The position numbers and the translations under genes are program-made. 64,000 bases of DNA from Trichodelitschia bisporula (taxonomy: Eukaryota), in assembly GCA_010356995.1 (NCBI GenBank), contig ML996703.1, positions 434,001 to 498,000 of the forward strand, given 5' to 3'. Each line of letters starts with the position of its first letter. Position 1 is the first letter of the stretch. The notes under the pieces are model-generated. The model searched no databases and was not told the origin of the DNA. It saw only the letters and a list, made by a program, of their open reading frames with translations. Below are positions 1 through 12,885 of this stretch, piece by piece.

Positions 1-340
1 GGGGCGGTCCGCGGGTTGGGGGCGGGTATATTACTCGTCGGTGGTACCGGTGGTTGGGACGGCGGTGTCGGTGGGGGGCACGTGGGGGGTTTACTGGCGG
101 GGTTTGGGTGTGGAGGGGGTGGCGATGAGGTGGCGGATGCGGGTTGATATTACCGCTTCAACGGTCGGGGAGGCGGGTTGACAGCAGACAGGCAGCGCGG
201 GTTTAACGGGGTCGGTTAACGGCACGTCTGCAGCGAGGAAGAAGCTTTTGATACTCATACCGAACCGCAAGTGTACATCATCCCATCGTCATAAGGTTCA
301 CACTCTGGACCCGTACACCACCCCGCCTCTCAGCTGCCAT

Positions 341-1299
341 TTAGAAGAATTTACTCGCAAGGCCCATGAGCGGATTCCCCGCTGCGCCGGATGCAGCCCC
401 GCCCCCGCTCACCTGGCTCTTCAGATACATCTTGAAGGCCATCTGCGCAGCCTGCGCGACGGCCGACTCCTTGGACTGTGCGGGTTGCTGCTCTCGTTAG
501 CTTTGCGTCAACCGTCAAGGGAAAGACGTAGACTGACTGACGACCCCGCATTCTGCTTCTCCCACAGCTTACTCGCCTCGCCCATCGCCATGCCAATAAG
601 CTGGTTATGCCCACCGGTCCCCGGCTCCCCCGCTTTCCCAGAGCCAGACGAGGTAAACATCTTGAGCGCCTGCATGGCCGCCGCAGCACCAATATCCCCC
701 CCACCACTCCCACCCTGACCCCCGCCACCATAAACCTTCTGATGTTGCTTCACCATATCCTCCTCATCCAACCCCTCCTCCTGCAGCTTCCCCTTCTTCC
801 CCGCAAGCATGCCGAGCACATTCCCAAACATTCCACTGTCCGCTGCATCGCCCGCATGCCGGGCAGCCGAGTTCGCCGCGCCCGAGAAGTCACTGTCGGA
901 TTGACCTTCCTGAGGCCGGGGTGCGGGACGTCCGCCCTGCGGCCGCGAGGGCTCGTCTTCGTACCGCGCGCTGCTGTCGTAGTAGTTCCCGCCTACGCTG
1001 CCACCGCCACCGTATTCACGCTCTTCGGTAGGCCGCGTGTAGCCTGACCCACTACTGCTCTGGTGCGGTGCGGGACGGCCGCTGTTGCCGTAGCCTTCTG
1101 AGGGACGCTCGTCGCGGCTGTGGCCGCCTTGTTGGCCGTAACCGCCTTGCTGTCGGTCATCGCCCCCGTATCCACCTTGCTGCCGGTCCGAGTCGCGACC
1201 GTATCCGCCTTCTTGACGGCGTTCGTCCCGGTCATCACGACCATAGCCACCCTGTTGACGGTCGTCATCACGCCCATAACCGGATTGATTGTACGACAT
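341..1299 (-). CDS. Gly/Gln-rich conserved fungal protein resembling the basidiomycete beta-flanking protein
   Basis: ATG at 1299 (MSYNQSGYG), GGYG repeats, then IGAAAAMQALKMFTS...QLIGMAMGEASKLW. One intron near 478-537 gives a last exon KESAVAQAAQMAFKMYLKSQ...LMGLASKFF* (TAA at 341-343). Family recognised from memory of motifs. Confidence 0.7.
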
Positions 1300-1983
1300 G
1301 CTGGATGTAGTCTTGATCCTGATTAGCACAGTCCTGGCGAGGACGAGAGCCAAATTCGACGGAAAGCCCACTTTTTTATCACCGCAGAGGAATTGAAGTC
1401 AGATCTGGTCGTGAAATCAGCAAAGAGGGGTTCTGAGGGGTTAAATGGGAGCCTTCCCCTCTACCCCTCAGCCCCGCACCAGCTTCAGCCCAACTCCCCA
1501 CGGCGCCTTCCCCAGACGGCGGCCAATGACATCACATTGCACCGCCATACCCCCGCTAGCGTGCGTCATACCCGCTGCTGCGCGCGATCGGCCAAGAGAT
1601 CCGGTTGTCTTGGGACGGGCGCTCCGAGACCGCTGTTAAGGCGTCAATGGTTTACGGCGAGGGGTGTGTAAGCGGTGCAGCGTTGGATGGGCATCATGAG
1701 CTGCTAATGTTATCTAGGGCGAAGGCGGAGCAGAGTAGAGAGCTGTGTCTCTGGATGTTGGCCAGGATGCGGGATTCCGAGCTTCTGAAAACGAAGAGAA
1801 GTTGAGCTACAGTAAATGAGCAGGTTTGCATTGCGGCGAAAGACCCGCTAACGAAGCTATATACAGCTGAACTATAACCAAAACCTCCACATATAGCCTT
1901 TTCACGTAGCACACATGATACATCAAGAGCCAGACCCAGCTGACCCTTTCGGGCTCAGCCCAAATCGGCAACAAACTCCTCAT

Positions 1984-4299
1984 CTAAATCCCCGAATCAT
2001 CAATCTGCACAATACCCTCAGTCGCAGCATACGTCGACCAAGCATCGCAAGTATCGCCCAGCAGCGTCTGATCAATCAGCCCCTGAGCCTTGATATCATC
2101 CTCGCGCTCCAAAAACTGCAGCGCAAAGCCCTCCAGCGTGTGCCACCCGATATGGCAGTGCATGAGCCAGGCGCCAGGGTTGTCCGTCTGCCACGCCAGC
2201 ACCACGTACCCACTACCAGGCAGGATCGCAACATCGCGGCGCGGCGGATTCGCGCGGTTCAGCGTCACGGTCGTCGGGTCGTAGCGCCCTGTCCCGCTGG
2301 CCAGGATGGAGAAATCATGCCCGTGGAGATGTAGCGGGTGCGGGACCGGAATCGCCGTCTCGACAATCAGGTAGATCCATTCGTTGGCGTTGGGCAGCGT
2401 GATCATGTTCGATTCCTGCGAGAAGCTGCCTGTGGCGTTGTTCTGCACCTGCATGAGGGTCTGGTGAGGGTTAGCCAGGTCGGGATGAGGGATGAGGAGG
2501 GACATACCGGGTTCTCCCACTTGATCAGCATCGACGTCCCGTTCAGGAACCACCGGAAGTAGTTCTCGGAGTTGCGCGCGACGGTGACCACCTCCTTCGT
2601 GGTCCAGAACTGGTCGCCTGCGGGTTTGGCGAGGGCAGGCACGAGTTTGGAGTCCACTTCGTCAATGCAAGCGTCCGTATACTCGGCCCCAATCGTGGTC
2701 GGCGTCCCGGTCGACGTCCCATAGTGCACGATGCCCTTGATGTTGTCCACGCTGTCATTGTCCGAGCAGGCAATCTGCGGCACGGCACGCAGCCAGAAGT
2801 CGCTTGCGATGGCGTCCTTGTTCGCGGTGACAATGACGTCGTAGCGCTGGCCTGGGACGGGTTAGTTACCGGGACAAGAGGGGACACAAAGGGAGGTGCA
2901 TACCCATTGCAATGTTGAGAATGTCAGTCTGGTACGGCTCGATGGGGACAAAGTCAGCTGCGACCACAGTCATGGTATGGTTGTCGATCATGAACTTGAA
3001 GTGCGTGTCGATGGCCACATTAACCAGGCGCAGCAGATGCGACTTGCCAGGCTCAAAGTTGACCTCGAACCGCTTACCCGTCTGCGCCGCATCGCCATCC
3101 GCGCCAAAAACGTTGGTCCCGTTGATGAGGCCGTTGTCCATAGCCGTGGGCCCGTTGAGCTGCGCCGACATGTACAGCTCATCGACAGTCTGATGGCTCC
3201 AATCCTGCAAAAACAGATTCCCAAGATCGACATCGTAGTTCGCCGTCGTCGGCCCGCGGATGACAATCCCGCCAAACACGCCCTCCCACGCCTGAAGCGC
3301 AAAGTGGCTGTGGTACCAGCTGGACCCGTACTGCGTCGCGCGCCACTTGTACGTGTACGTCGTGCCGGGGGCCGAAGGGCACTGAGTGACGCTGACCACA
3401 CCGTCGGCCTGCAGTGTCCCCTTCTGGTGGAGTCCATGCCAGTGGATGCTGCTGCCGTTCTTGCTCGCGGCCAGGTTGTTCGTGACATGAATGATGACCT
3501 CGTCGCCCCAGTCCGCGAAGACGGTCGGCCCCGGGATGGATCCGTTTACCGTCATGACCGGCCGAGAGAAGCCATCGGGCGCCATGTTGAGTTCTACGAG
3601 CTCAAACCAGTACTCCCGCGTCACGTTGGTGTCGGGCACTGTGGCGTAGTAGTCGGTCGAGATGTCAAAGTCGCACCACTGCGAGCGGTCATCGGCAGTG
3701 TTGCCTGGGCAGGCAGACCCGGTCGGCTCGCTAGCATCGATGGTGCTAGTGGAGTTTGAAGGGAGGGTGGAGGAGGCGGCGCTGGAGGAGACGGGGCTGG
3801 ACGAGATGCCCGAGGCGGCGCTTGAGGAGACGGGGCTGGACGAGATGCCCGAGGCGGCGCTGGAGGGGGCGACGGAGACGGGGACGCTCAAGCTGGTAGA
3901 GCTGGAACCACGGGTGCTCGAAACAGGAGCGCTGGAAGCAGGAGTCGATGTCGCGCCAGAAACAGAAGGACGAATGGTCATCGTCGAGATGGGGACCTTG
4001 GTCGTCCGAATAGGGATCGTAATGGTGGTGCACACCCGACCGAAGCAGTACTTCTGGGTGGTAACGACAGTGGAAGTACTGTAAATGGTCGTGGTTGTCG
4101 GCTTAGGCGTGGAGACTGGTTTGGCCACGCTGGTGACCTTAACCGTTGAGGACGACTTGGACGGAGGCTTCCCCGGAACGTTGACCTTGAGATGGCCAAA
4201 TGCCCCGGGAATAAAAACGTCGTCGGCATTCGCCGGCGGATGCCACGGCGCGGCGGAAGTGACGGCGACCAGGCCGGCTGCGAAAAGAAGGCTCTTCAT
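1984..4299 (-). CDS. Secreted multicopper oxidase (laccase-like, AA1) with long Ser/Thr-rich N-terminal extension; 2 introns
   Basis: Signal peptide MKSLLFAAGLVAVTSA. All four copper motifs present across ORFs 2866-4308, 2403-2783 and 1984-2553: HWHG, WYHSH, HPLHLHGH and HCHIGWH. Ends in DSGI. Introns have GTATG donors. Confidence 0.95.
3773..3865. repeat. 39-bp coding tandem repeat (~2.4 copies) in the laccase linker
   Basis: gaggcggcgc(t/g)..gaggagacggggctggacgagatgccc units at 3773 and 3812, partial third copy at 3851; encodes SSSAASGISSSPV on the minus strand. Confidence 0.85.
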
Positions 4300-4652
4300 A
4301 TCGACCAAAAGCTGAAGCGATTGACGGGAGCGAAAACGACAGTTCCCCGAATGGTAACGATTGTGAGGAGCGAACGACGAGCAAAGAATGGAAGCTTCAG
4401 ACCGAATGCTGAAGAGATGAGATGAGCTGATGATGGATCCGTTGGAGGAAAGAGTCCGGCTACTTATGGCGTTTCCATATCACCACCTGCTGGCTGGACA
4501 TAGTCGTGCGAAGCTGGAGTTCTCTTCCAGACCTCGGGCCTTCGCATCTCGAAGTCATGTTCCGCGTACGCAAAACGCCCGCTCCCCGCAGATAATGCAT
4601 GTAGATGCAAGCCTCAGCGCCCACGGAGCGTTATCGCGTTCTCGAACATGAT

Positions 4653-4708
4653 GATGCGACGCGGGCAACGATCAGGACGATGCGACGCGGGCAACGATCA
4701 GGACGATG
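4653..4708. repeat. Perfect 26-bp tandem duplication upstream of the laccase
   Basis: gatgcgacgcgggcaacgatcaggac at 4653-4678 and 4679-4704, followed by gatg. Confidence 0.9.
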
Positions 4709-5921
4709 AAACATTGAGCCATTGCAGTATACGGACGTAAAGGCACACAACTCGACGCAGCGTGAGAGTTACTCCATGGAAAAACGATAGCATTTCGGTC
4801 CGAATAGCCAAAGGGATATCAGGAGGTACACTGAATCGTTGAAGGCTATGCAAATACTCCGCATTAGGCTGTTCCAAAACGCAAAACGATAGTGGATAAA
4901 CCGAAAAGCTTGACGTTGACAGTTGCGCAGCCCCAGCCCCAGCCAGCCGCCCGAGAACCCGGAAACGGTCTTCTGGCTAAGAGCCGCACAACGTCCATCG
5001 TCAAGGTCCCGCATGTTTCGATTCGCCGGCTCGGAAGGAAAGCGCCGCGATAGTCATGCTAGGCCTGGCCCGTAAGGCTGGCGATCCTGGACCTCGAACC
5101 GCCGCATATACTATAATAGTCAAACCATTGCAGTCTAGTCATGGTCAGGATGAGATTTATAGATCTTACGATCAACAATGATGTCCCTGCAGTAGCGTTC
5201 GCAGTCGATCATAGCAACTGAATCGCAAGAAGGATACATCTCGAAGATGGTCTGGTAAACCCCCAAATCGGGGAAATTTGAGAGCGCTTTGAATCTGCGC
5301 ATTATGCGACGCCAAAGAACACGCCAACTACGGCCGGCTCATAGAGAGCTAGCATCGGTGGATTTGGGAAAAGAAGAGGTGGAGGGGAGGTCGAGAAGTC
5401 TACGTGGCTTGCCAGGAATCCCTTGCTCCACGTGAGGTTGATACCCTTTTTTGGCGGCCAAGCCACGAGCTGTTGACTTGAAGCCACCATCGGTTTCAAC
5501 CTTCCCCCACCATTCACAATCGCTCTCGCCCGCCACCCCCGCCTTGCCGCCATCGTCACGTCCATCATGCGCCGAGTTTCCTCTGTTTCCATCCCATGTG
5601 GGGTACGTAGACAGTTGCAGCAACGGCAAGCTGTGCTGGAAACACTCCGGTCTGTTTCCTATCATCGAGTCAGCTGTCGCTTGATGAGAGGAGACCGATG
5701 ATTACGTTGCCCTTTCTCGCCTATGGTCATGGTGAATCTAAACTACGTGCAAGCGCCAAACAAACAGCTTGGTTCCGTTGCTTCAATGTAGCTATATCTA
5801 TCTACCTGCGCCGCTCGCCTTGAATTGCTCATCAACATCACTGCAGTACTTGAAGCTCATATCCGCTCGTTTCGACTTTACTCAAACTTAAGTTTCCATT
5901 CTTGTACATTCTGTCGCTACG

Positions 5922-6638
5922 ATGCTCTCGAAGACGCTCGTTTCCTTTGGGCTCATGCTCGCTGGCGCAGCCATGACTGGCGCCCTGCCGCTCGACGAGC
6001 GCGCAAGCTCATCCACCTTCAAGCTCTACGCCTACGGGATGCAGAAGGAGCTCGGCGGCTTGCCCATGTACTACGCAGATGGTACCGTCCGTCGCTTTCT
6101 GGCTCTGGCAACGCTAATTGAATAAGGTCTTGCCTATGCCGGCGAAAAACTCAGCACCGCGTCTGTCATTTCCGACATCACTCGTAGGTCTTGCTTGAGC
6201 CTTCTCTTGCCGTCACTGACAATAGCAGTGGCTGCCAGTGCGAACGACGCGAAATCTTGGGTCATCCAGTCAGCTGCTTCCAATTCGACTGGTGCGGACA
6301 TCGTCGGCCAGGCCCTCTACATCTCGCCCAGCCAGAATGCGGCAGTGGGTTTTGTTTCCGGCACTCCGGACAGCGGCAAGACCACTACGGGATTTACCTC
6401 CTACGGCAGCCTAACCTTCTGGACCGATCCCTCGAGTGGTGACTGGAAGTCGTCGTTCTATGCCGTGCCTGTGTCAGGCCAGGACGGTATCTGGGCCATC
6501 AATTGGCTTGCCGACTCCAAGTCTGCGCCTGACAACGCCATCCCAATTGGGCTGAAGAGGACTGCTCCGGGCAGAAGTTCCGGTGCTGCTAGTCTTGCAA
6601 GTGCATCGGCTTGGAAGCGTGCGATGAGCTACATGTAG
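5922..6638 (+). CDS. Small secreted hypothetical protein; 2 introns
   Basis: Signal peptide MLSKTLVSFGLMLAGAAMTGA, FKLYAYG...GGLPMYYADG. Introns near 6082-6126 and 6185-6225 join it to ORF 6195-6638. Confidence 0.7.
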
Positions 6639-7438
6639 CGGTCTGGAAGTGCGGGGAACCGTGTAAAGTGGGGAAATGTGTATACGAGTGGCATGTGTTG
6701 TCCTCTTAACGTTAGTTCTCTTCTGGGGGTTTGGTTGCGGAGCATCACCAGCCCTCATGCACTGCTGGATCTTTCAGTGCATTTGCTACCATGAGCCAAT
6801 TGCAACCTTATGTTGCTAACATATTCTGAATTTTATCCATGTTGTTATTTCTGTAGCGATCCCAGTAACTGTAGCTACTCCGCAATTGCTCGTGGCAGCT
6901 CCAGGCCAGAGAGCTCTAGATGTCTCAGCCCCCGCTAAATTCTCACCCATATCCGAGCTATGATCCACCCTAACGACCCACCCCCACACACCAGCCACCA
7001 ACCACGTCACTAGGCGGACAGCAACCCCACATTCCCCTCACCGACCGGATGAAGTTTGACGAAGCAACATCTCAACTCTGTGCCAAAACCTGTCTTTGTG
7101 ACCGAAGCTGTGCCTCCCGGTCCTGTCATTGGCGAGCCGGGAATAAGGCTGATGCGAGGCACGCGTGAACCCGGAGGATCGTCGTCAGCCTAGCTCAACA
7201 ACGCTTAAACAGACGCCAGACCCCGCAAACCCGCGTGGAACATATGCCTCTCTCGGCTCCGCATATCCTGTCTTGGAGGCAATCGGATGCGCTCCGCGAC
7301 CTGCGCAATGGCGATGGTGGCATTTTCCCCGCATGTACCGCGGCTCCCCTGATGGGTTGTAGGTTCCATAAAGCCTGACATTCCCACCCTGGCGTTTGAT
7401 TCCGATCCAAAGGCAGATCTTCGAGCTCAATCGCCATC

Positions 7439-8692
7439 ATGTCCAAGCAGTCGGTTTCTCAATCCTCGTCCCACGCCCCTGTGGCCGATATCGAGGCCAA
7501 ACCTGCCCCCGCGCTCAATATCCCGGCGAGCAACACGACAGTCCGTGTGTCAATCATCAACACGACGACGGATATCGTCTGCCCGTCGAATGGCTTCATC
7601 AATCCCGTGTTGAAGGGTGGCGATTACCTTAGCCTGCCGACCTTCGCCTTCCACGTGGTGCACCCTTCAGGCAAGGAGCTGATGTTCGACCTGGGCGGGC
7701 GCAAGGACTACTGGAACTGGAGCCCGGCGACGTTCGAGAGCGTGCAGAAGCTGATTCCAGGTCTGAACGTGGAGAAGGGCATCGACGAGATCCTGAAGGA
7801 AGGCGGCGTCAGCCTCCAGTCCATCAACAGCATCGTCTGGTCCCACTGGCATTGGGATCACACCGGTGACCCGTCGCTCTTCCCCAAGCACGCCGAGCTC
7901 GTCGTTGGCCCTGGCTTCAAGAAGAACTTCATGCCGGGCTATCCTTCGCAGCCGCGCGCCGTCATGCTCGAGTCCGACTTCGAAGGTCGCAACGTGCGCG
8001 AGATCTCCTTCTCATCCAACTTCAAGCTCGGCCGCTACGAGGCCCACGATTTCTACGGCGATGGCAGCTTCTACCTGCTCAACGTCCCCGGGCACGCCAT
8101 CGGGCACATCTCAGCGCTGGCGCGTACCACGCCGGATACGTTCGTGTTTATGGGCGGTGACGTGTGCCACTTTGGCGGCTCGTTCCGCCCGTCGGAGTTT
8201 TCGCCCATGCCGGCCGAGATCCCCGCCGGCGTCCCGCTGGACCGGAAGCGCTTCCGTGCGCCTTGCCCCTGCGCACTGTTCACAGAGTGCCATCCCAACC
8301 AGGAGAAGGCGCGTACAGAGCCGTATTACAAGGTGTCGGCTGCGGAGGGAAGCTGGTACATTGACCCGGAAACCGCTCAGGTACGCGTACACAGTCATGA
8401 AATAGACACCCGCTAACAAAATCAGGAATCGATCAATAAGTTGGAGGACTTTGACGCTGATCCGAACGTTTTGGTGTGCATTGCACATGACGAGGGCCTG
8501 CTGGAAGTCGTGGACTGGTTCCCCAACGGCTCGCTGAACGACTGGAAGAAGAAGGGATGGAAGGAGCAGAGCCAGTGGGGATTCCTCAATGCGCTCCCGG
8601 TGAGCGGCAAGCCGCCTGGCCCGTGGATCACGCCTGGTCTCATGAAGGACGGGAAGCGGATGAAGGAGTGGGAGAAGTTTGTACCGTCATGA
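7439..8692 (+). CDS. Metallo-beta-lactamase-fold hydrolase (AHL-lactonase-like)
   Basis: SHWHWDHTGD (HxHxDH), PGHAIGH, GDVCH and IAHD motifs; intron 8381-8425 (GTACGC...CTAAC...CAG). Confidence 0.9.
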
Positions 8693-10662
8693 GCGTTTGA
8701 GCGATGCCAGTATGAGCTCCATAGGGATCGAGTTGGCTTGTGAATATATTTTTGGATCGATCCTAACATGTGCTTCTGGCTTAAGTCTAGGTGAGGTTCC
8801 TGCCTGTTCTGAGTGTGATCGTGGTGGAGAGTAAATTACAGCTCGGGCAAAGCCCCGGAGCAAACAACGCGTTGGAGTGCCAACTGAGACCTTCCGTTCG
8901 ATGCCTGATGATCGTTATGACGACGGCTATCAAAAGGATTGGCAAGATGAAGGGTTTTCAGAATCCGCAAGGCGAAGTGCCGTAAAAGTATGACCAGGAA
9001 ATGCTCTGCTGTGACCTAAACCATGCCGAAAGCAAAGGGTCTGCAACGTGCGCAAGGACGAGACCGCATAAGGATTGTGACTGAATCCAAAGCAGGTAAA
9101 CGCGTAGGTAGTCCCGTTTGTCACGGAGCTAACCGATGATGCACGCTACCCGTATTTCATGCGAAGGCCCTCAGGGATACCTTATCTCTAGTCGTCCTGA
9201 AGCAATCCGTTTAGCTGATCTTCCATGAAACGTGCGAAAATGCCTCCGGAGTACAAGTATATAATATGCTGGATCATCTTGGTGTCGATACCGGATGTCA
9301 TTCAACGTACATCATCGGGTCGGGCCTAAGGTTATTCTGAAGCCGGGTGCTAAAGCATTTAGCGCGATGCCAAGGCGGCCAGGATCAAGGGCGCTCGGGC
9401 CCCCGATCACCGCCAGCCTTTCAGCCTTGACCTCCACTTCACTTCTTCAGAGCATCTTCTCCACCCCATCCATTGAAGCGATCCACTGATTTATAAAGCG
9501 TATACTTATGGCAGTCTATAACCTCTTTCTCAATATATCCTGCCGCCAGCTGGAGGTCTACAGCGTCACCATCGGCAAATACAGCGCTCCCCATACGACC
9601 CATCTCTTCCCATCCAGCTCCTCCAGAATTCTGCCGTCACAGCCGTGGACATTGACATCAGTACCGCTGCCCCTTCTACTTCTTCCACCGTCAACAACAC
9701 TCTTATCATGTTCACAGCAACTACTCCTTAGTCCCTCATTGGGCAACTTGACTCAAGAGAAAGAGTTTCGCAAGGTAAGTCTAATTGACGCATTGAGACA
9801 TCTGGCATTTTGTTCTAACGGCTAAATCTAGGCGAATATTGCCACATGGGTAATACGCTGCCCGGTTTCGGTTGGCACCGTCGCCGCCGGCGCATTTTAT
9901 TTTTCTCGCGAACTTAGGTCCGTGAGGTGTCAGGGCGCAACGGTAGCAGCGATGTCGTAACCAAATATAGCGACGAGCTCACGGCGTGGACATCCTCTTG
10001 CAAAACGGTCGGTTTATAGCCAACAAGTCCGCCGGAATACTCTCCGTCACATATATATCGATATCGGTGCTTTGGCACACCTCCACGTTATACTGTGGAA
10101 TGGCCATTAAACTAGTGCGTTAAACATCATGGCTTCCATAGCTACCGCAAAGCGCGCTAATCGCCGTGCTCGTCACTCCGCCGTTCGTCAGGCTGTGGCG
10201 CGTTGCATCTTCCAGCATGCTCTCGCTGAAAGAAGGTACGTACATATAGATTTATGTTAGCATCGATGAATACATCGCGACTATTTTCTTAAGTCATACC
10301 TATCCGAAGATACTGCATGTGCTGTCACACGAATCCATTCACAAGGGCACTGTACCGTCACTCATTTCGTCTTCAACCTGTTTTACGGCAGGTTCTGGAA
10401 ACGGGCGCATCCTCTTGCTTGCAACTCAACTCTGAGTTTTTGTTGTGGCTCGTACATGTTGTCCCAATTTGTCTGGTGCGCTTTCATCCCGTATACTATC
10501 AAGTCTCGGACTCTCCTCTATGAGATTTTCCCGACTTAAGCTGACAGTGCGGTAGCAAACAACGACTCTCATATACACTTCCTGTAGCCGCACACTTACT
10601 GCTTCTCCATCCAACCCCATACTTCTACTATCCGACTCCGCTTGCTCCGCAGCACCACCATC

Positions 10663-12726
10663 ATGTCCACGCAACCGCATACAATTGGCTCCCTGCCGGT
10701 GCCACTCTTTGCCGGGCTCGTAACCACCGGCGTTATCATCGGCCTCCTCATCTTCGGAATTGCATACCGAAAGGTCATACGGGACTTCGGTCTGGCCATG
10801 CTCTACGCGCCTCCTCCTCGGCCGCGCCCGCAGCAAGCAGACCACGCCTCGGTGCAGGAGCTCATAGCGCTGCAAGCGAAGAACCGTGAGCGCATCCAAG
10901 CGCTGGCGACCCTGCTACCAGAAGAGGACATCCGCCGGATCAACCTGCAAGGCCGCTACGGCATGCGTTACGGCCCACAGCACTACCAGGTTGCGGAACC
11001 CCCTACGCCGCGCGTTTGGGAGGAGCTGCGCCCAAACCTTGAAAACGAGCTCCGCGCTGAAGGCTACTCAGAGCCCGCCATTCATGACGCCTCTGTCTTC
11101 CCGAGCAGCATTGCGCCACACGATTCCGCCAGCCAGGTTCCGCCTCGTCCCGAAAAGGCTACGCGCGTGCCTCCAGAGCGCATCCGGCAGTTTCTCAGGG
11201 CTGCCCTCAGTGATCTTATCAGCGAGCAAGACGCTCTGGATGCGCGTTCCGCCGCCGCCGCCGCCGCTACCCGCCACATCCCCATTACGCAGCTCTCTCG
11301 CTCTCTCTCCCGCAGCACGAGCAGCTATGCGCATGTTCCGCCGCACCGTCCGGACAGTTTCTGGCCTCTGGGGCATCCGCAGCAGGACTTGGAGTCGCAG
11401 ACCGGAGGGAGAGGGTTTGACCAACAGGATGCCTACGAGATGCTGGAACTACCCAGACCAGTTACTCATAGCTCGCCCCACCGTGCGGCTTCAGAACGCC
11501 GGCGGGAGCCTTTTCGTCGCATGAACTCCGGCTTCACCCAATATGAACCGCGCCGCCATTCCTCCCACATCGAGGGCGGACTGGCCCCTGGAGAGGGGTT
11601 GTCAGCCAACGATCGCATCAAGATCCATGCAGCATGTATTGCCGAGGAACAACGGCGAAAGGAGCGGGAAGAGGAGAAAGCGAGACTGGATGCTTACGAG
11701 CGCTTGAACATGGAAGCGCGGAAGCGTGCTGGGGAGGAGCTGCGGTTGGAGCGGGAGGAGGTGAAGCGCTATGAGCGAGAAGTGATGAAGGATCAGGAGC
11801 GGGAGGAGAGCATGCATCAAGAACAGAGAGAGATGATGGAACGGGAGGAACGGGAGGAGCAGGATTGGATGGCACGTCCTCCAACCGAGCGTCAGCGCCT
11901 TCCCTCAGTGCGTGAGGACCCTGTGTATGGGTACCCGGAGGCGAACTTTATGCTTGGAGACCCTGAGCTGAGCCCGAACGACGTCCACCCACGCTCGACT
12001 TTCCTTGACAGCGATTCCGAAGACGGCAAAGCGAACGTCCACGAAATGCCCGAACGCGCTCTCCCGACTGAGCCCGCTATGCCTGTCCCTCCCGAGCGGG
12101 CGTACACGGAGTCGGTCTATCCAGAGCCCGGCGAACCCGATTACCCTCCCACTCCGCGCAATCCCGGCTCGGACATCTACAAGAGCTCGACTTACTCAGA
12201 GCTCGTCCGCGAGACCCGCGCTGATCTCGATCGCCAGCCGGCGCCGCGTACTCCCTCACCGCCAGCTGAGCTGACACGCCACCCTACACTGCTCGAAATG
12301 GTGCGTCCGAACCAGAAACCTCGTCGCAAAATCGACCCCATCGACGAGATGCTGGCCGGCCGGATTGAGAGCGGGAGCGACATCACCAGCAACATCATTC
12401 CGCCGTCTAGCATCATGTACTCGCCGCGCAAGACGCTGCCGCCAGCGAAGATCCCGTCAGGTTTCCGTGTTTTGGGCATGGAGGTTGATTCCCAAGTCGG
12501 CATTCCGAAGAACAGTGAGCTTGAGCCGGAGCGGAAGAGAATGAGAGGCCACAAGGTGATGCGCAAGGCGGAGGAAAAGCGCAAGGCGCAGCTGGAGATC
12601 GAAGCGTATGAGACGCAGAAGCGAGCCAAGGCGATGGAACTGCTGGGCTTGAAGCCCACCCCGGGCGCTCCTGAACCGTCATCTGATGGTAGTGGGAGTG
12701 GCAAGGGGAAAGAGCGTGTACCGTAG
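10663..12726 (+). CDS. Hypothetical protein with N-terminal TM helix, central E/R-rich coiled coil and Pro-rich disordered regions
   Basis: Uninterrupted ~687-codon ORF; hydrophobic LFAGLVTTGVIIGLLIFGIAY; no recognisable domain. Confidence 0.65.
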   Translation: MSTQPHTIGSLPVPLFAGLVTTGVIIGLLIFGIAYRKVIRDFGLAMLYAPPPRPRPQQADHASVQELIALQAKNRERIQALATLLPEEDIRRINLQGRYGMRYGPQHYQVAEPPTPRVWEELRPNLENELRAEGYSEPAIHDASVFPSSIAPHDSASQVPPRPEKATRVPPERIRQFLRAALSDLISEQDALDARSAAAAAATRHIPITQLSRSLSRSTSSYAHVPPHRPDSFWPLGHPQQDLESQTGGRGFDQQDAYEMLELPRPVTHSSPHRAASERRREPFRRMNSGFTQYEPRRHSSHIEGGLAPGEGLSANDRIKIHAACIAEEQRRKEREEEKARLDAYERLNMEARKRAGEELRLEREEVKRYEREVMKDQEREESMHQEQREMMEREEREEQDWMARPPTERQRLPSVREDPVYGYPEANFMLGDPELSPNDVHPRSTFLDSDSEDGKANVHEMPERALPTEPAMPVPPERAYTESVYPEPGEPDYPPTPRNPGSDIYKSSTYSELVRETRADLDRQPAPRTPSPPAELTRHPTLLEMVRPNQKPRRKIDPIDEMLAGRIESGSDITSNIIPPSSIMYSPRKTLPPAKIPSGFRVLGMEVDSQVGIPKNSELEPERKRMRGHKVMRKAEEKRKAQLEIEAYETQKRAKAMELLGLKPTPGAPEPSSDGSGSGKGKERVP

Positions 12727-12885
12727 ATTCGACAGGTGGAGCTGGAGAACGATGTGATATCGAGAGTTTTAGAGAATAGAAATAGAGCTTAGACTAGGAT
12801 ATCCCAACGCCTGTAATGGTATCTGGTAGAACTGAGCCGCTAGGAACGCTCCAAGTGCCAATTTAGAACACAACCGTGTGCCAAA

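Noticed and set aside
1..258. Short Pro-rich minus-strand reading from the ATG at ~258
   Set aside because: About 55 codons, low complexity, at the window edge; not supportable as a gene.
2896..3759. 287-aa plus-strand ORF, and many similar antisense ORFs over SLA2, SLU7, TOK1 and NVJ2
   Set aside because: Shadow ORFs of GC3-rich genes on the opposite strand; no independent motifs.
4653..4708. Direct repeat as a CRISPR or transposon end
   Set aside because: Only two adjacent copies, with no spacer or transposase; simple slippage duplication in a eukaryote.
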